Shown here: one piece after another, positions 54,971-64,000 of the stretch
How the letters are laid out: every line of letters starts with the position of its first letter
How positions within the stretch are numbered: the stretch's first letter is position 1
NCBI GenBank assembly: GCA_024710585.1
Contig: JANJUM010000097.1
Coordinates: forward strand, 2,097-66,096
DNA from: Desulforhopalus sp.
GTDB taxonomy: Bacteria > Desulfobacterota > Desulfobulbia > Desulfobulbales > Desulfocapsaceae
Direction: 5' to 3'
Length of the DNA: 64,000 nucleotides
The notes under the pieces: model-generated
Told to the model about the DNA's origin: nothing
Seen by the model: only the letters and a program-made list of their open reading frames with translations
Databases searched by the model: none
Program-made: the position numbers and the translations under genes

Positions 54971-57835
54971 ATGACTTTCGCCAGGACCGATACGCAGCGG
55001 CGCAGCACGCTGCTTTTCTTAGCCATTCTCGCCCTTTTCTTTCTTCTCCCGTCCAGGGCCGAGAGCGACCTCACTGCCGATTCGCTGTGCTGGCCCAGGG
55101 ACTGGCCATGGCAGGGCAGCGATCTCGACGTCGATCCATCGCTGACGGCAGGGGTGCTCGACAATGGCCTGCGTTATATCGTCAAGGAAAACAGCGAGCC
55201 GCGCGGCCGGGTGGCGGTCCACCTCCTCATCGGCGCCGGTTCCCTCCATGAGGACGATGATCAGCGCGGCCTGGCCCACTACCTCGAGCATATGATGTTC
55301 AAGGGGTCGCGGACCTACCCGCCCGGGACCCTGGTGAATTACTTCCAGTCCATCGGCATGGATTTCGGGAATGACGCCAACGCCCATACCGCCTTCGACC
55401 GCACTGTCTACAATCTTTTCCTGCCTTCCGGAAAGGAAGAAGAGCTGCGTCGCGGCCTGCTGGTGCTCGCCGACTACGCACGCCATGCCACGCTGGGCGA
55501 GCAGCAGGTTAACGAGGAGCGCGGGGTCATCCTCGCCGAGAAGCGCGCTCGCGATTCGGCCTCCTATCGTACCCAGGTGGCGGTCATGGAGTACGCCTTT
55601 CGCGGCACGCGGCTGGCGGAGCGGATGGTCATCGGCAGCGAGGAGGTTCTGCGGAGGGCCGACAGCAAGGCCCTGCGTGTCTTCTATGATCGCTGGTACC
55701 GCCCAGAGAATATGACGCTGGTGGTGGTCGGCGATGTCGACCGCCACCAGGCGGCGCGTGTCATCGGGGAACAGTTCGGCCCGCTGACTGCCTCGGGACC
55801 GGAACCGCTCTGCGCCCCCTTCGGCGGTCTGCAGCACAGTGGCGTCGAGGTCTTCCATCATTACGAGCCGGAATTGGGCAAGACCAATGTCTCCATCGAG
55901 ACCTTCTGGCCCCGCCAGCCGCAGAGAGATTCCACCTCCTTTGCCGCCGCCGAGATCACCCGCATCGTTGGAGACCTGATCGTCGGCTATCGTCTGGAAC
56001 GACTTCAGGAAGATGCCGATGCCCCCTTCACCCAGGCGCTCTACACCTCAGGGGATCTGGTGCAGCGCATCGGCTACGGCACCATCTCGGCCCAGACCGA
56101 CCAGGCCAGGTGGCGGTCGACCCTGGCCCAGCTCGACCGCACCCTGCGCCAGGCCCTGCTCTATGGCTTCAGTGAGGAGGAACTGCAGCGGGCCCGCGAA
56201 GAGGTGCTGGCCGAGCTCGATGCGCGGGTGGCCACTGCCAACAGCGAGGACTCGCGACGGCTGGCATCGCTGCTCGTCGACCACCTCGCCAGCTACCGTG
56301 TCTACCAGTCGCCGCAGCAGGAGCGCCAGCTTTACGGGGGCATTCTCGACAAGCTCTCCCTGGCGGAGGTCAATGAGGCCTTTCGCCAGCTGTGGAGTCA
56401 CGACAGCCGTCTGGTGTCGGTGACCGGCGACGCGCGGCTGGAAGGGGCGCCCCAGGAGCAGATCCGCGAGGCCTATGGGGCACTGCAGGAGGATGCGCCG
56501 GACGAGTTCCGGCATCATCGGCAAAAGCCATTCCCCTACCTTTCCCTGGCAGCGTCTTCAATCATGGCGCGGGAGGAAAGGCAGCTTGCCGCCATCGACA
56601 GCGAGCAGGTGGTGTTTGCCAACAACCTCGTGCTCAACCTCAAGCGCACACCCTTTCGTGAGAAGAGTTTCAACATTATCGCCGCGTTCGGCGCAGGCGA
56701 GCAGAGTGAACCCCTCCCCGGCATGGCGATGATCGGCGAGGATACCGTCAACCTCTCGGGGACCGGCGCCATGACCCAGGCCGAGGTCGAGCGGCTCCTT
56801 GCCGGCAGCTCCGTCAACCTGCGTTTTCGCATCGGCGAGTCTGCCTTCACCTGGGTGGGCGGCGCCCTCGAAAAAGACGCCGAGCTGTTGCTGCAGTTGC
56901 TCCACACCGTGCTATATGATCCCGGATGGCGGAAAAGCCGCTTCGACCTGGCGATGAAGAACGCCGAGCAGCTCTACCAGAAGAAGGAGCGCGATATCGA
57001 GGGGGCCATGGCCCTCCATGTCACCCCCTTCCTCGCCGGCGGCAACGTCCATTTCGGTCTGGTGCCGTGGCAGGAGGTGGCTCGGCTGACCTATGACGGC
57101 GTGGCGGCATGGCTGGCGGCCTCTATGCCGCCACGCGACCTGGAGCTGACCGTGGTCGGAGATTTCCAGCGTGACGACATGGTTCGCCTGGTGGAGCGCT
57201 ACTTCGCCGGGGTCACGCTTCAGGCGCCGCAGGCCGTTTTTGGCAAGCACATCGACTTTCCCGCGGGAGACAAGCTCGAGGTGGCGGTTGACACCTCGAT
57301 CGACAAGGCCTTGCTGGTGCTCGCCTGGCCCACCGACGACGCCTGGGACATCGCTCGCACCCGCCGTCTGCTGGTGCTGGCGACGATACTCGATGACCGT
57401 CTGCGCAAGGTCGTCCGCGAGAAGCTGGGGGCGGCCTACTCACCCTCGGCGGCGAGCTTTGCGAGCAGGGTCTATCCCGGCTATGGCTATCTCTATGCGC
57501 AGATTCTCGTCTCCCCCGGGGACGAAGAGACCATCGCCAAGGAGATCCGTGACATCGCCGAGGACATGCGCCGTAACGGCATCGATGAGGAGGAACTGCA
57601 GCGCGGCCGGAAACCGACCCTGACCTCGATCGGCGATACCATCAGGACCAATGGCTACTGGCTGTCTTCAGTGCTTCACCTCTCCAGTCGCCACCCCGCA
57701 CAGCTGGAGTGGCCGACAACCATAGTCGACGATTTTGCCGCAATCACCACAGAGGATATCAACCGTCTCGCCGCGAAATATCTCGACAACAGGCGGGTGG
57801 CCGAGGCGCGGGCCTTTCCCCGGCAGCACAAGTAG
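54971..57835 (+). CDS. Periplasmic M16-family zinc peptidase (PqqL-like)
   Basis: LDNGLRY, GSLHE, inverted zinc motif HYLEH, NAHT; signal peptide after a re-set start at ATG 54971. Confidence 0.92.
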   Translation: MTFARTDTQRRSTLLFLAILALFFLLPSRAESDLTADSLCWPRDWPWQGSDLDVDPSLTAGVLDNGLRYIVKENSEPRGRVAVHLLIGAGSLHEDDDQRGLAHYLEHMMFKGSRTYPPGTLVNYFQSIGMDFGNDANAHTAFDRTVYNLFLPSGKEEELRRGLLVLADYARHATLGEQQVNEERGVILAEKRARDSASYRTQVAVMEYAFRGTRLAERMVIGSEEVLRRADSKALRVFYDRWYRPENMTLVVVGDVDRHQAARVIGEQFGPLTASGPEPLCAPFGGLQHSGVEVFHHYEPELGKTNVSIETFWPRQPQRDSTSFAAAEITRIVGDLIVGYRLERLQEDADAPFTQALYTSGDLVQRIGYGTISAQTDQARWRSTLAQLDRTLRQALLYGFSEEELQRAREEVLAELDARVATANSEDSRRLASLLVDHLASYRVYQSPQQERQLYGGILDKLSLAEVNEAFRQLWSHDSRLVSVTGDARLEGAPQEQIREAYGALQEDAPDEFRHHRQKPFPYLSLAASSIMAREERQLAAIDSEQVVFANNLVLNLKRTPFREKSFNIIAAFGAGEQSEPLPGMAMIGEDTVNLSGTGAMTQAEVERLLAGSSVNLRFRIGESAFTWVGGALEKDAELLLQLLHTVLYDPGWRKSRFDLAMKNAEQLYQKKERDIEGAMALHVTPFLAGGNVHFGLVPWQEVARLTYDGVAAWLAASMPPRDLELTVVGDFQRDDMVRLVERYFAGVTLQAPQAVFGKHIDFPAGDKLEVAVDTSIDKALLVLAWPTDDAWDIARTRRLLVLATILDDRLRKVVREKLGAAYSPSAASFASRVYPGYGYLYAQILVSPGDEETIAKEIRDIAEDMRRNGIDEEELQRGRKPTLTSIGDTIRTNGYWLSSVLHLSSRHPAQLEWPTTIVDDFAAITTEDINRLAAKYLDNRRVAEARAFPRQHK

Positions 57836-58065
57836 CGGGGCGGGGGAGGTCAAACTGCGGTGCGGCGGGCGGGCTCTGACTCCGTGCCGGGAGGTGCTGG
57901 TGGTGACCATGGCGGTGGCGTGACGATCCCCGGAGACCGCCATATTGCAGACGATCTGCCTGAAAAGAGTTGCCGCAGAGCTCTTTAGTGTGTGGCTAAC
58001 AGTTCGAAGCGAAAGGAAATAATTCGTGGCTGCGCGTTTTTTGCGGTGAGCTTACGTGCAAGGGA

Positions 58066-58074
58066 TGCTATAGT
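58066..58074 (+). promoter_or_regulatory. Possible extended -10 promoter for the PilZ gene
   Basis: TGcTATAGT about 50 nt upstream of ATG 58126. Confidence 0.35.
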
Positions 58075-58125
58075 TGTCGGGTAGGAATTTGAGAGCACTC
58101 CACTTCGGCTTTTACGAGGGCTGCC

Positions 58126-58518
58126 ATGAACACCACGCATCACACCCCCTCCGATTTCGGCCTCGGCCGCAGCTCGCGCCGGCACCGCCGCGCCGGCCTT
58201 GCCGGTTTTGTCGGCGATCTCTGCGATGGCAAGGCCGTCTACGGCTGCCATCTCGTTGATGTCTCCCTGGGCGGTTTCCGGGTCACCGACCTGCCCGAGA
58301 CCTTCGTCGCATGCCGGCATAACTACGTAGCCGTTCTCTCCGGGGGTGGCGCCCATTACCGCATCGTCGCCAAACCGTGCTGGAAACGACCAGGCAAGGT
58401 CTCCGGCCGTATCGACATCGGCTTCAAGATCCTCGACGCCCCGTGGAGATGGATCGAATTCGTCATGAACGAGATTCCTGCGGGGGGCGACGACCCCGGC
58501 TTCCCTCGCTCCTCCTGA
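58126..58518 (+). CDS. Stand-alone PilZ-domain protein (c-di-GMP receptor)
   Basis: RxxxR (RRHRR) and DxSxxG (DVSLGG) motifs; C-terminal IGFKI beta strand. Confidence 0.88.
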   Translation: MNTTHHTPSDFGLGRSSRRHRRAGLAGFVGDLCDGKAVYGCHLVDVSLGGFRVTDLPETFVACRHNYVAVLSGGGAHYRIVAKPCWKRPGKVSGRIDIGFKILDAPWRWIEFVMNEIPAGGDDPGFPRSS

Positions 58519-58603
58519 GGGCTACCCATTCCACCTGGTTTCCCAGCCGAACCTTCAGCAGTGGCTAGGACCGTTAAAATTCCTTTTTCTCAGTTTTCTT
58601 CTC

Positions 58604-60457
58604 TCAAAACCTCGGCCGCAGCAGGCAATGGGCATAGATCCCCCTGGGGTCGGCGAGGAAATCGAGTTCGCCGACGCGGCTGGCAAGATGGCCGGCCAGC
58701 TCGGCGAGCTGCGGCAATGGCGCCGGGGGCTGTCCCGAGGCGGAGAAGGGCACGAAGCTTGACAGAAACTCCAGCAGCTGCTCCTTGAATGTCCGTGGCG
58801 GGGCGATATACTCGGTAATGTAGTCGCTGCTGCCGGCCAGCCTGGCGGCGGCCTCGATGGCTTCCTCGAGACCGCCGAGCTTGTCGACAAGACCAAGATC
58901 GCGAGCCATGCGTCCGCTATAGACACGTCCCTCGGCCAGTTCGCCGACTTTCTTGCGATCGAGGTCGCGGGCCTCGGCGACGAGGTCGAGAAAGCGGCCG
59001 TAACTGTGCGCCACCGCCTGCTGAATGGCCTTCTTGAGAGGTTCGGGCAGGGGTTGGGTGAGGTCGAGCCCCGCCGCCAGCGGCGTGGTGCCGGTGCCAT
59101 CGCTGCGAACACCCACCGTGGCCAGGGTCTTCTCGAAGGTGGGGATGGCCCCGAAAATGCCGATGGAGCCGGTGATGGTCGCCTCCGCAGCCCAGATCTC
59201 GTCGGCATCGGCGGCGACCCAGTAGCCCCCCGAGGCGGCCACCGAGCCCATCGACACCACCACCGGTTTGCCCTTTTTCTGTACCAGGAGGAGTTCCTGG
59301 CGGATGACTTCCGAGGCGAAGGCCGATCCGCCCCCCGAGTTGATACGCAACACCAGGGCCTTGACCTGCCTGTCGTCGCGCGCCTGGCGGATAGATTCCG
59401 CCAGGGTGTCGCCGCCGATGAAGCCTGGGGGCTGTTTGCCGGGGAGGATATTGCCCTCGGCGACGATCAGCCCGATCTTGTCCCCATCCCAAGGGATGGG
59501 GTCGTAAGCGGGGATGACGCGGTCGGCGTATTCAGCCAAGCTGACCAGGGCTGGTTTGCCCTTATGGTCTTTGGCCAGGGAGGCGAGGTAGCTGTCCACC
59601 TCGTCCCGTGTGGCGAGTCTGTCGACAAGCCCTGTTTTCTCAGCCAGTCGCGCCGTATCGCCATCCACCTCCCGCAGAGCATCGTCGATGGCATTGGTGT
59701 AGGCGACGAGCCGAGCGCGATCGATATTGCGGCGTGTTGCGACGCCGTCGAGATAGAGTCCCCACAGGGCGGAGAGCCAGGCATCGTTCTGGCGGCGGTC
59801 TTCCGCCGACATGTCGTCCCTGGTGAAGGGCTCCAGGGCCGATTTGTACTCTCCGACCTTGAAGACGTTGTAATTGATGGCCAGCTTCTCCATGGCCTGA
59901 CGGAAATAGAGGCGGTAGACTCCAAAGCCATGCAACTCGACGCCCCCCATCGGATTGAGGAAGATCTTGTCGGAATAGGAGGCGAGGAAATACTGGCTCT
60001 GGGTGTAATAATCGCCCGCAGCGACAACTGTCTTGCCGGTCTCCTTGAACCTGCTCAGGCTCTCGCCAACCGTCTGCAGCTGATCGAGGCCGGCGCTGTC
60101 GAATTCCTTGAGGTCGAGGAGCAGGGCGACGATCTGGCCATCGGCGGCGGCACTGTCGATGGTGTCGAGTAGCGTCTGCAGGACGGTCTCACCGGCGCTG
60201 CTTTCGGGTTCGAGCTGGTCGCGCATGAGCTTTTCGACGGCGTTCTGGGCGCGTCGCGCCTCGACGATGTCGCCCTGCACCTGGAGATGGAGGATGGCGC
60301 GCTCCGGCAGTGGCTTGCCGCCGGGGGAGAACAGGGCGACGAGGACGACGAGGAGCACGGCGATGAATACCAGGTTGAAGAGCAGGTTCCTCACCAGGGT
60401 GAAGATCCTGCCAACGGCGCGGAAGATGTTGAATATGGCGAGGGCGAGGTCTTTCAT
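58604..60457 (-). CDS. sppA: Signal peptide peptidase SppA (67K type)
   Basis: N-terminal TM helix, VGEYKSALEP, RINSGGGS, SVAASGGYW, TGSIG. Start re-set to ATG 60457. Confidence 0.94.
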   Translation of the reverse strand: MKDLALAIFNIFRAVGRIFTLVRNLLFNLVFIAVLLVVLVALFSPGGKPLPERAILHLQVQGDIVEARRAQNAVEKLMRDQLEPESSAGETVLQTLLDTIDSAAADGQIVALLLDLKEFDSAGLDQLQTVGESLSRFKETGKTVVAAGDYYTQSQYFLASYSDKIFLNPMGGVELHGFGVYRLYFRQAMEKLAINYNVFKVGEYKSALEPFTRDDMSAEDRRQNDAWLSALWGLYLDGVATRRNIDRARLVAYTNAIDDALREVDGDTARLAEKTGLVDRLATRDEVDSYLASLAKDHKGKPALVSLAEYADRVIPAYDPIPWDGDKIGLIVAEGNILPGKQPPGFIGGDTLAESIRQARDDRQVKALVLRINSGGGSAFASEVIRQELLLVQKKGKPVVVSMGSVAASGGYWVAADADEIWAAEATITGSIGIFGAIPTFEKTLATVGVRSDGTGTTPLAAGLDLTQPLPEPLKKAIQQAVAHSYGRFLDLVAEARDLDRKKVGELAEGRVYSGRMARDLGLVDKLGGLEEAIEAAARLAGSSDYITEYIAPPRTFKEQLLEFLSSFVPFSASGQPPAPLPQLAELAGHLASRVGELDFLADPRGIYAHCLLRPRF

Positions 60458-60543
60458 GGCTGCCGAGGGAGTGGGTTGGGAAGGGAACATTTGTCGTGGC
60501 CCCCTATCATACAAAAAAGCGGGGCCAGTTCAATCGGCAAAAC

Positions 60544-61620
60544 TCACCCTTGTTCCATAAACGGCAATTTCAGCTGGCGGGGCGTCGTTCTGGCCTCAAC
60601 CAGCCTGGCCAGCGACAGTCCAAGGAGCCTGACCTTGACCTTGCCGATCAGGGTGCTGCGCAGGAGCCCGGGCAGCAGGGCGAGCATTTCGGTTCTCTCG
60701 CGGATGGGGAGGCGGGTGGTCACCGAACGGGTGATGGTGGCGAAATCGTGGTAGCGGACCTTGAGGGTCAGGGTGTGGCCGCCCTGGTTCTTGTGCCGCA
60801 ACGAGGCCTCGATATCCCTGGCCAGGGCGTCGAGGATGAGGTCGATCTCGGCCAGGTCGTCGCTGTCGCGGGCCAGGGTGGTCTCGCTGCCGATTGACTT
60901 GCGCGGGCGCAAGGGCTCCACCGGGCGGTCGTCGATGCCGCGGACGATGTCGTGGAGGAAGGAGCCGACCTTGCCGAAGTGGAGGAGGAGGTCGGCTTCG
61001 GACCAGGAGCGTAACTGGCGGCCGTTGGTGATGCCAAGGCGCAGCATCTTCTGTTCGGTGACCTCGCCCACCCCGTAAAACTTGCGGATGGGAAGCTCGT
61101 CGAGGAAAGACTGCGCCTCTCCCGGAGGCACCGTGGTCAGGCCGCGCGGTTTGCGGAAGTCGGAGGCCACCTTGGCGAGGAATTTGTTGTAGGACACCCC
61201 GGCGGAAGCGGTCAGCTGCAGCTCATCGAAGATCCTCCGGCAGATTTCCCCGGCGAGCAGGGTCGCCGAAGGGTGCAGATCACTGAGGAGGGTGACGTCG
61301 AGGAAGGCCTCGTCGAGGGAAAGCGGTTCGACCACCGGGGTGTAGCTGCGGAAAATGGCCATGATGCGCGAGGAGACCTCGACATAGCGTTCCATGCGCG
61401 GCGGGGTGAAGATGGCCCCCGGGCAGAGCTTGGCGGCGCGGCGGCAGGGCATGGCGGAACGGATGCCGTAGCGGCGCGCCTCGTAGGAGCAGGCGGCGAC
61501 CACCCCCCGACCCCTGGGGTCGCCGCCGACGATCAGCGGCCTGCCCCGCAAGGAAGGGTTGTCACGCTGCTCGATGGAGGCATAGAAGGCATCCATGTCG
61601 ATGTGGATGATCTTGCGCAT
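60544..61620 (-). CDS. dinB: DNA polymerase IV
   Basis: IHIDMDAFYASIEQRD, SYEARRYG, SLDEAFLD, KVASDFRKP. Start re-set to ATG 61620. Confidence 0.96.
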   Translation of the reverse strand: MRKIIHIDMDAFYASIEQRDNPSLRGRPLIVGGDPRGRGVVAACSYEARRYGIRSAMPCRRAAKLCPGAIFTPPRMERYVEVSSRIMAIFRSYTPVVEPLSLDEAFLDVTLLSDLHPSATLLAGEICRRIFDELQLTASAGVSYNKFLAKVASDFRKPRGLTTVPPGEAQSFLDELPIRKFYGVGEVTEQKMLRLGITNGRQLRSWSEADLLLHFGKVGSFLHDIVRGIDDRPVEPLRPRKSIGSETTLARDSDDLAEIDLILDALARDIEASLRHKNQGGHTLTLKVRYHDFATITRSVTTRLPIRERTEMLALLPGLLRSTLIGKVKVRLLGLSLARLVEARTTPRQLKLPFMEQG

Positions 61621-61811
61621 CAACGTTGGGGCTGGGGAGAAATGAGAACGTGGCGATCCAGCGCCAGAGGTGCGAAAAGCGGCTCCGGGCGACATCAGAT
61701 GGTGCCGGATCGCCGCTTTGCTGGTACAGTCTCGGTGGCGACGGGGAGGAGTTACCGCTAAGGGCGCTCCCAGTCGCTTTGACGTCACCGCAGGCAACGA
61801 CAGAGGAAGGT

Positions 61812-62483
61812 ATGGAAAAAAAACACATCTTGCAAGGGAGTTTTCTCTTTGGCGGGCTGCCGTCCCGCCAGATCGACGATATTGCCGCCATCGCCGTGGA
61901 AAAGAGCTATGAGAAAGGGGAGACCATCTTCCTCGAGGGGGATCGCGGCATCGGCTTTTTCATGGTCGGCGAGGGCCGCGTGAAGATCTTCAAGGTCTCC
62001 TCGGGGGGCAAGGAGCACATCCTGCATATCTTCGGCGAAGGCGAGCCCTTCGGTGAGGTGCCGGTCTTCCACGGGCAGCCGTTCCCCGCCAACGCCGAAG
62101 CGCTGATGCGCACGCGCACCCTGTTCTTTCCCCGCGACCGCTTCGTCCACCTCGTCGAGGCCAATCCGACCATGGCCCTCAATATGCTGGCGGTGCTCTC
62201 CATGCGGCTGCGCCGCTTCGCCGCGCAGATCGAGAACCTCTCCCTCAAGGAGGTGCCGGCGCGGCTCGCCGGCTATCTCCTCTACCTCAGCGAGGAGCAG
62301 GACGGTGCCGAAGTGGTGCAGCTCGACATTTCCAAAGGGCAGCTGGCCAGCCTGCTCGGCACCATCCCCGAGACGCTGTCGCGCATCTTCGCCAAGATGA
62401 GCGAGGAGGGGCTGATCAAGGTCAACGGCCGGCTCATCCACCTCCTCGACCGCGACGGTCTTGGCGACAGGGGCGAAGGCTGA
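61812..62483 (+). CDS. Crp/Fnr-family transcriptional regulator (HcpR/Dnr-like)
   Basis: cNMP-like domain (FGEVPVF), HTH LASLLGTIPETLSRI; no N-terminal FNR Cys cluster. Start re-set to ATG 61812. Confidence 0.92.
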   Translation: MEKKHILQGSFLFGGLPSRQIDDIAAIAVEKSYEKGETIFLEGDRGIGFFMVGEGRVKIFKVSSGGKEHILHIFGEGEPFGEVPVFHGQPFPANAEALMRTRTLFFPRDRFVHLVEANPTMALNMLAVLSMRLRRFAAQIENLSLKEVPARLAGYLLYLSEEQDGAEVVQLDISKGQLASLLGTIPETLSRIFAKMSEEGLIKVNGRLIHLLDRDGLGDRGEG

Positions 62484-62494
62484 GCCGGCAATTG

Positions 62495-62511
62495 TGGCAA
62501 AAGGTTTGCCA
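62495..62511. promoter_or_regulatory. Palindrome that matches the sigma54 spacing on both strands, upstream of GT2
   Basis: TGGCAAA-AGG-TTTGCCA; the plus strand reads TGGCAA-N5-TTGC. Confidence 0.45.
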
Positions 62512-62644
62512 AAGGCTTGTCCCGCGGCAACAAATGCTTGACGGAAACAGCGGAGTTCGTTACCTAGGGCCTCCGGAAGACCTGGCTTTTTCCACCCGCC
62601 GCCGTTCGCCGGGAAATGAGGCCGGCGTAACATAACACGACACG

Positions 62645-63586
62645 ATGACCGCAACGAGACCATCCGCACCGCTACTTTCGGTAGTCATCCCCGCCTATAA
62701 CCACGAACGCTTCATCGGCGCCGCCGTCGACAGCGTCCTCGGCCAGACCGTCGACGATCTCGAGCTCCTGGTCATCGACGACGGCTCCACCGATTCCACC
62801 GGCGAGATCGTCAGGAGCTATATCGACCCTCGGCTGACCTACCTGCACCAGGAAAATCAGGACGCCTACAACACCATCAACCGCGGCCTGGGGCTGGCGC
62901 GGGGCCGCTTCGTCGCCATCCTCAACTCCGACGATGTCTACGAGCGGACGCGCTGCGAGCGGCTGCTGCAGGCCTGCAAGGAACGCGAGGCGGAGTGCCT
63001 CTTCACCGACGTGGTGCCGATTTCCGACACCGGCGAGGTCTTCACCGACCCCGAGTTCGGGTGGAACCTCTGGCACAGCAAGAACCGCGCCTGGTACTTC
63101 GCCTGCCGCGACCTCTATGCCGCCTTCCTCAAGGGCAACTTCATGGTCACCACCTCCAACCTCTTCATGACCGCCAGGGCGGTGGAGACGGTGGGCAAGT
63201 TCTGTTCGCTGCGCTATCTGCACGACTACGACTACATCTTCCGCATGATGCTGGCCTTCCCCAAGGGGGTGCACTATCTCGACGACGAGAAGTTGCTCTT
63301 CTACCGCATCCACTCCGGCAACACCCTTGGCGAGGCGGCCATAACCGGGCGCCTGCAGGACCAGGAGCTGATCTCCACCTACCTGGCGGCGAAGCTCCCC
63401 GAAGATTACCGGCTCTATGCCAGCGCCGGGGCAGAGCGCCTCGTCGAGCTCGGCCGTGAGCTGCACGAGGTGCGCACGTCCCTGGCCGCTGCCACGCCGC
63501 AAGGGGTGCGCCCGGCTCTCAGGCAGCTTTTGAAGAGCCTCAAGATCTGGGCCGCCAAGACCATCGGCAGCGGCCGCCGCCCATAA
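62645..63586 (+). CDS. Glycosyltransferase family 2
   Basis: SVVIPAYN, VIDDGSTD, TINRGLGLARG, LNSDD, HDYDY. Confidence 0.93.
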   Translation: MTATRPSAPLLSVVIPAYNHERFIGAAVDSVLGQTVDDLELLVIDDGSTDSTGEIVRSYIDPRLTYLHQENQDAYNTINRGLGLARGRFVAILNSDDVYERTRCERLLQACKEREAECLFTDVVPISDTGEVFTDPEFGWNLWHSKNRAWYFACRDLYAAFLKGNFMVTTSNLFMTARAVETVGKFCSLRYLHDYDYIFRMMLAFPKGVHYLDDEKLLFYRIHSGNTLGEAAITGRLQDQELISTYLAAKLPEDYRLYASAGAERLVELGRELHEVRTSLAAATPQGVRPALRQLLKSLKIWAAKTIGSGRRP

Positions 63587-63594
63587 AGAGTTCC

Positions 63595-64000
63595 ATGAAC
63601 GTCAGGACCTTCCACTCGCTGGACAAGCTCATCGCCGTTGGCCGGGCCCGCGCCGCCGACAAGGACGTCATCTCCTTCGACCTCTTCGACACCCTGCTGG
63701 TGCGGCGCATCCACGACCCCGACCTGGTCAAGCTGCCGGTGGCGCGCTATATCGCCAGCCTCGCGGCGGCCTGCGGCCGCCGCATCGGCGAACGGGAGGT
63801 GCAGAGACTGCGTGACGACATCGAGAGGCGCCAGCGCCAGGAGACCGGGGAGCGTTTCGACGACCACGAGGCCTGCTACCCGCGCTTCATGGAAGAATTG
63901 CTGCGGCAGATCTTCGCCGACCGCTATGAAAACGGCCTGCTCGATCGGGTCACCGACTTCGAGCTGACCATGGAAAACGCCATGCTGGTGCCGCGCCAGC
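63595..64000 (+). CDS. HAD-superfamily hydrolase, 5' part only (runs off the window)
   Basis: Manual translation MNVRTFHSLDKLIAVGRARAADKDVISFDLFDTLLVRRIHDP..., with HAD motif I (FDLFDT); typical of polysaccharide gene clusters. Confidence 0.75.
   Translation, partial: MNVRTFHSLDKLIAVGRARAADKDVISFDLFDTLLVRRIHDPDLVKLPVARYIASLAAACGRRIGEREVQRLRDDIERRQRQETGERFDDHEACYPRFMEELLRQIFADRYENGLLDRVTDFELTMENAMLVPRQ

Overview
GC-rich window that looks deltaproteobacterial (probably Desulfobacterota; inferred from gene content only). Bases 1-26 kb hold one minus-strand flagellar cluster: fliA(partial), flhG, flhF, flhA*, flhB, fliRQPONML, motB, motA, flgE, flgD, fliK, a MotE-like gene, fliJIHGFE, flgC, flgB and a large TPR gene. 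Recurrent sigma54-type -24/-12 motifs precede several of these genes. flhA is broken by a single in-frame TAA at 4292-4294, while its neighbours look intact. Bases 26-41 kb are signalling genes: cheY, two cheX, an unusual protein with three tandem CheC/CheX-like domains plus a degenerate receiver, a FleQ/FlrA-like sigma54 activator, a stand-alone cNMP-binding protein, a secreted double pentapeptide-repeat protein, and cheA-cheW-cheB-cheR-REC. Bases 41.7-44.8 kb are a low-GC patch with three tandem PEP-CTERM surface-protein genes behind a sigma54 motif and a phased direct repeat. The rest is mostly housekeeping and envelope genes: hisI, hisG, engB, a DUF6909-like nucleosidase-fold protein, an orphan sensor kinase, an O-antigen ligase, msbA, a lipid A acyltransferase, an M16 peptidase, PilZ, sppA, dinB, a Crp/Fnr regulator, GT2 and a partial HAD hydrolase. 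I saw no rRNA, tRNA, CRISPR array or intact transposase. All family assignments come from reading motifs, not from database searches.
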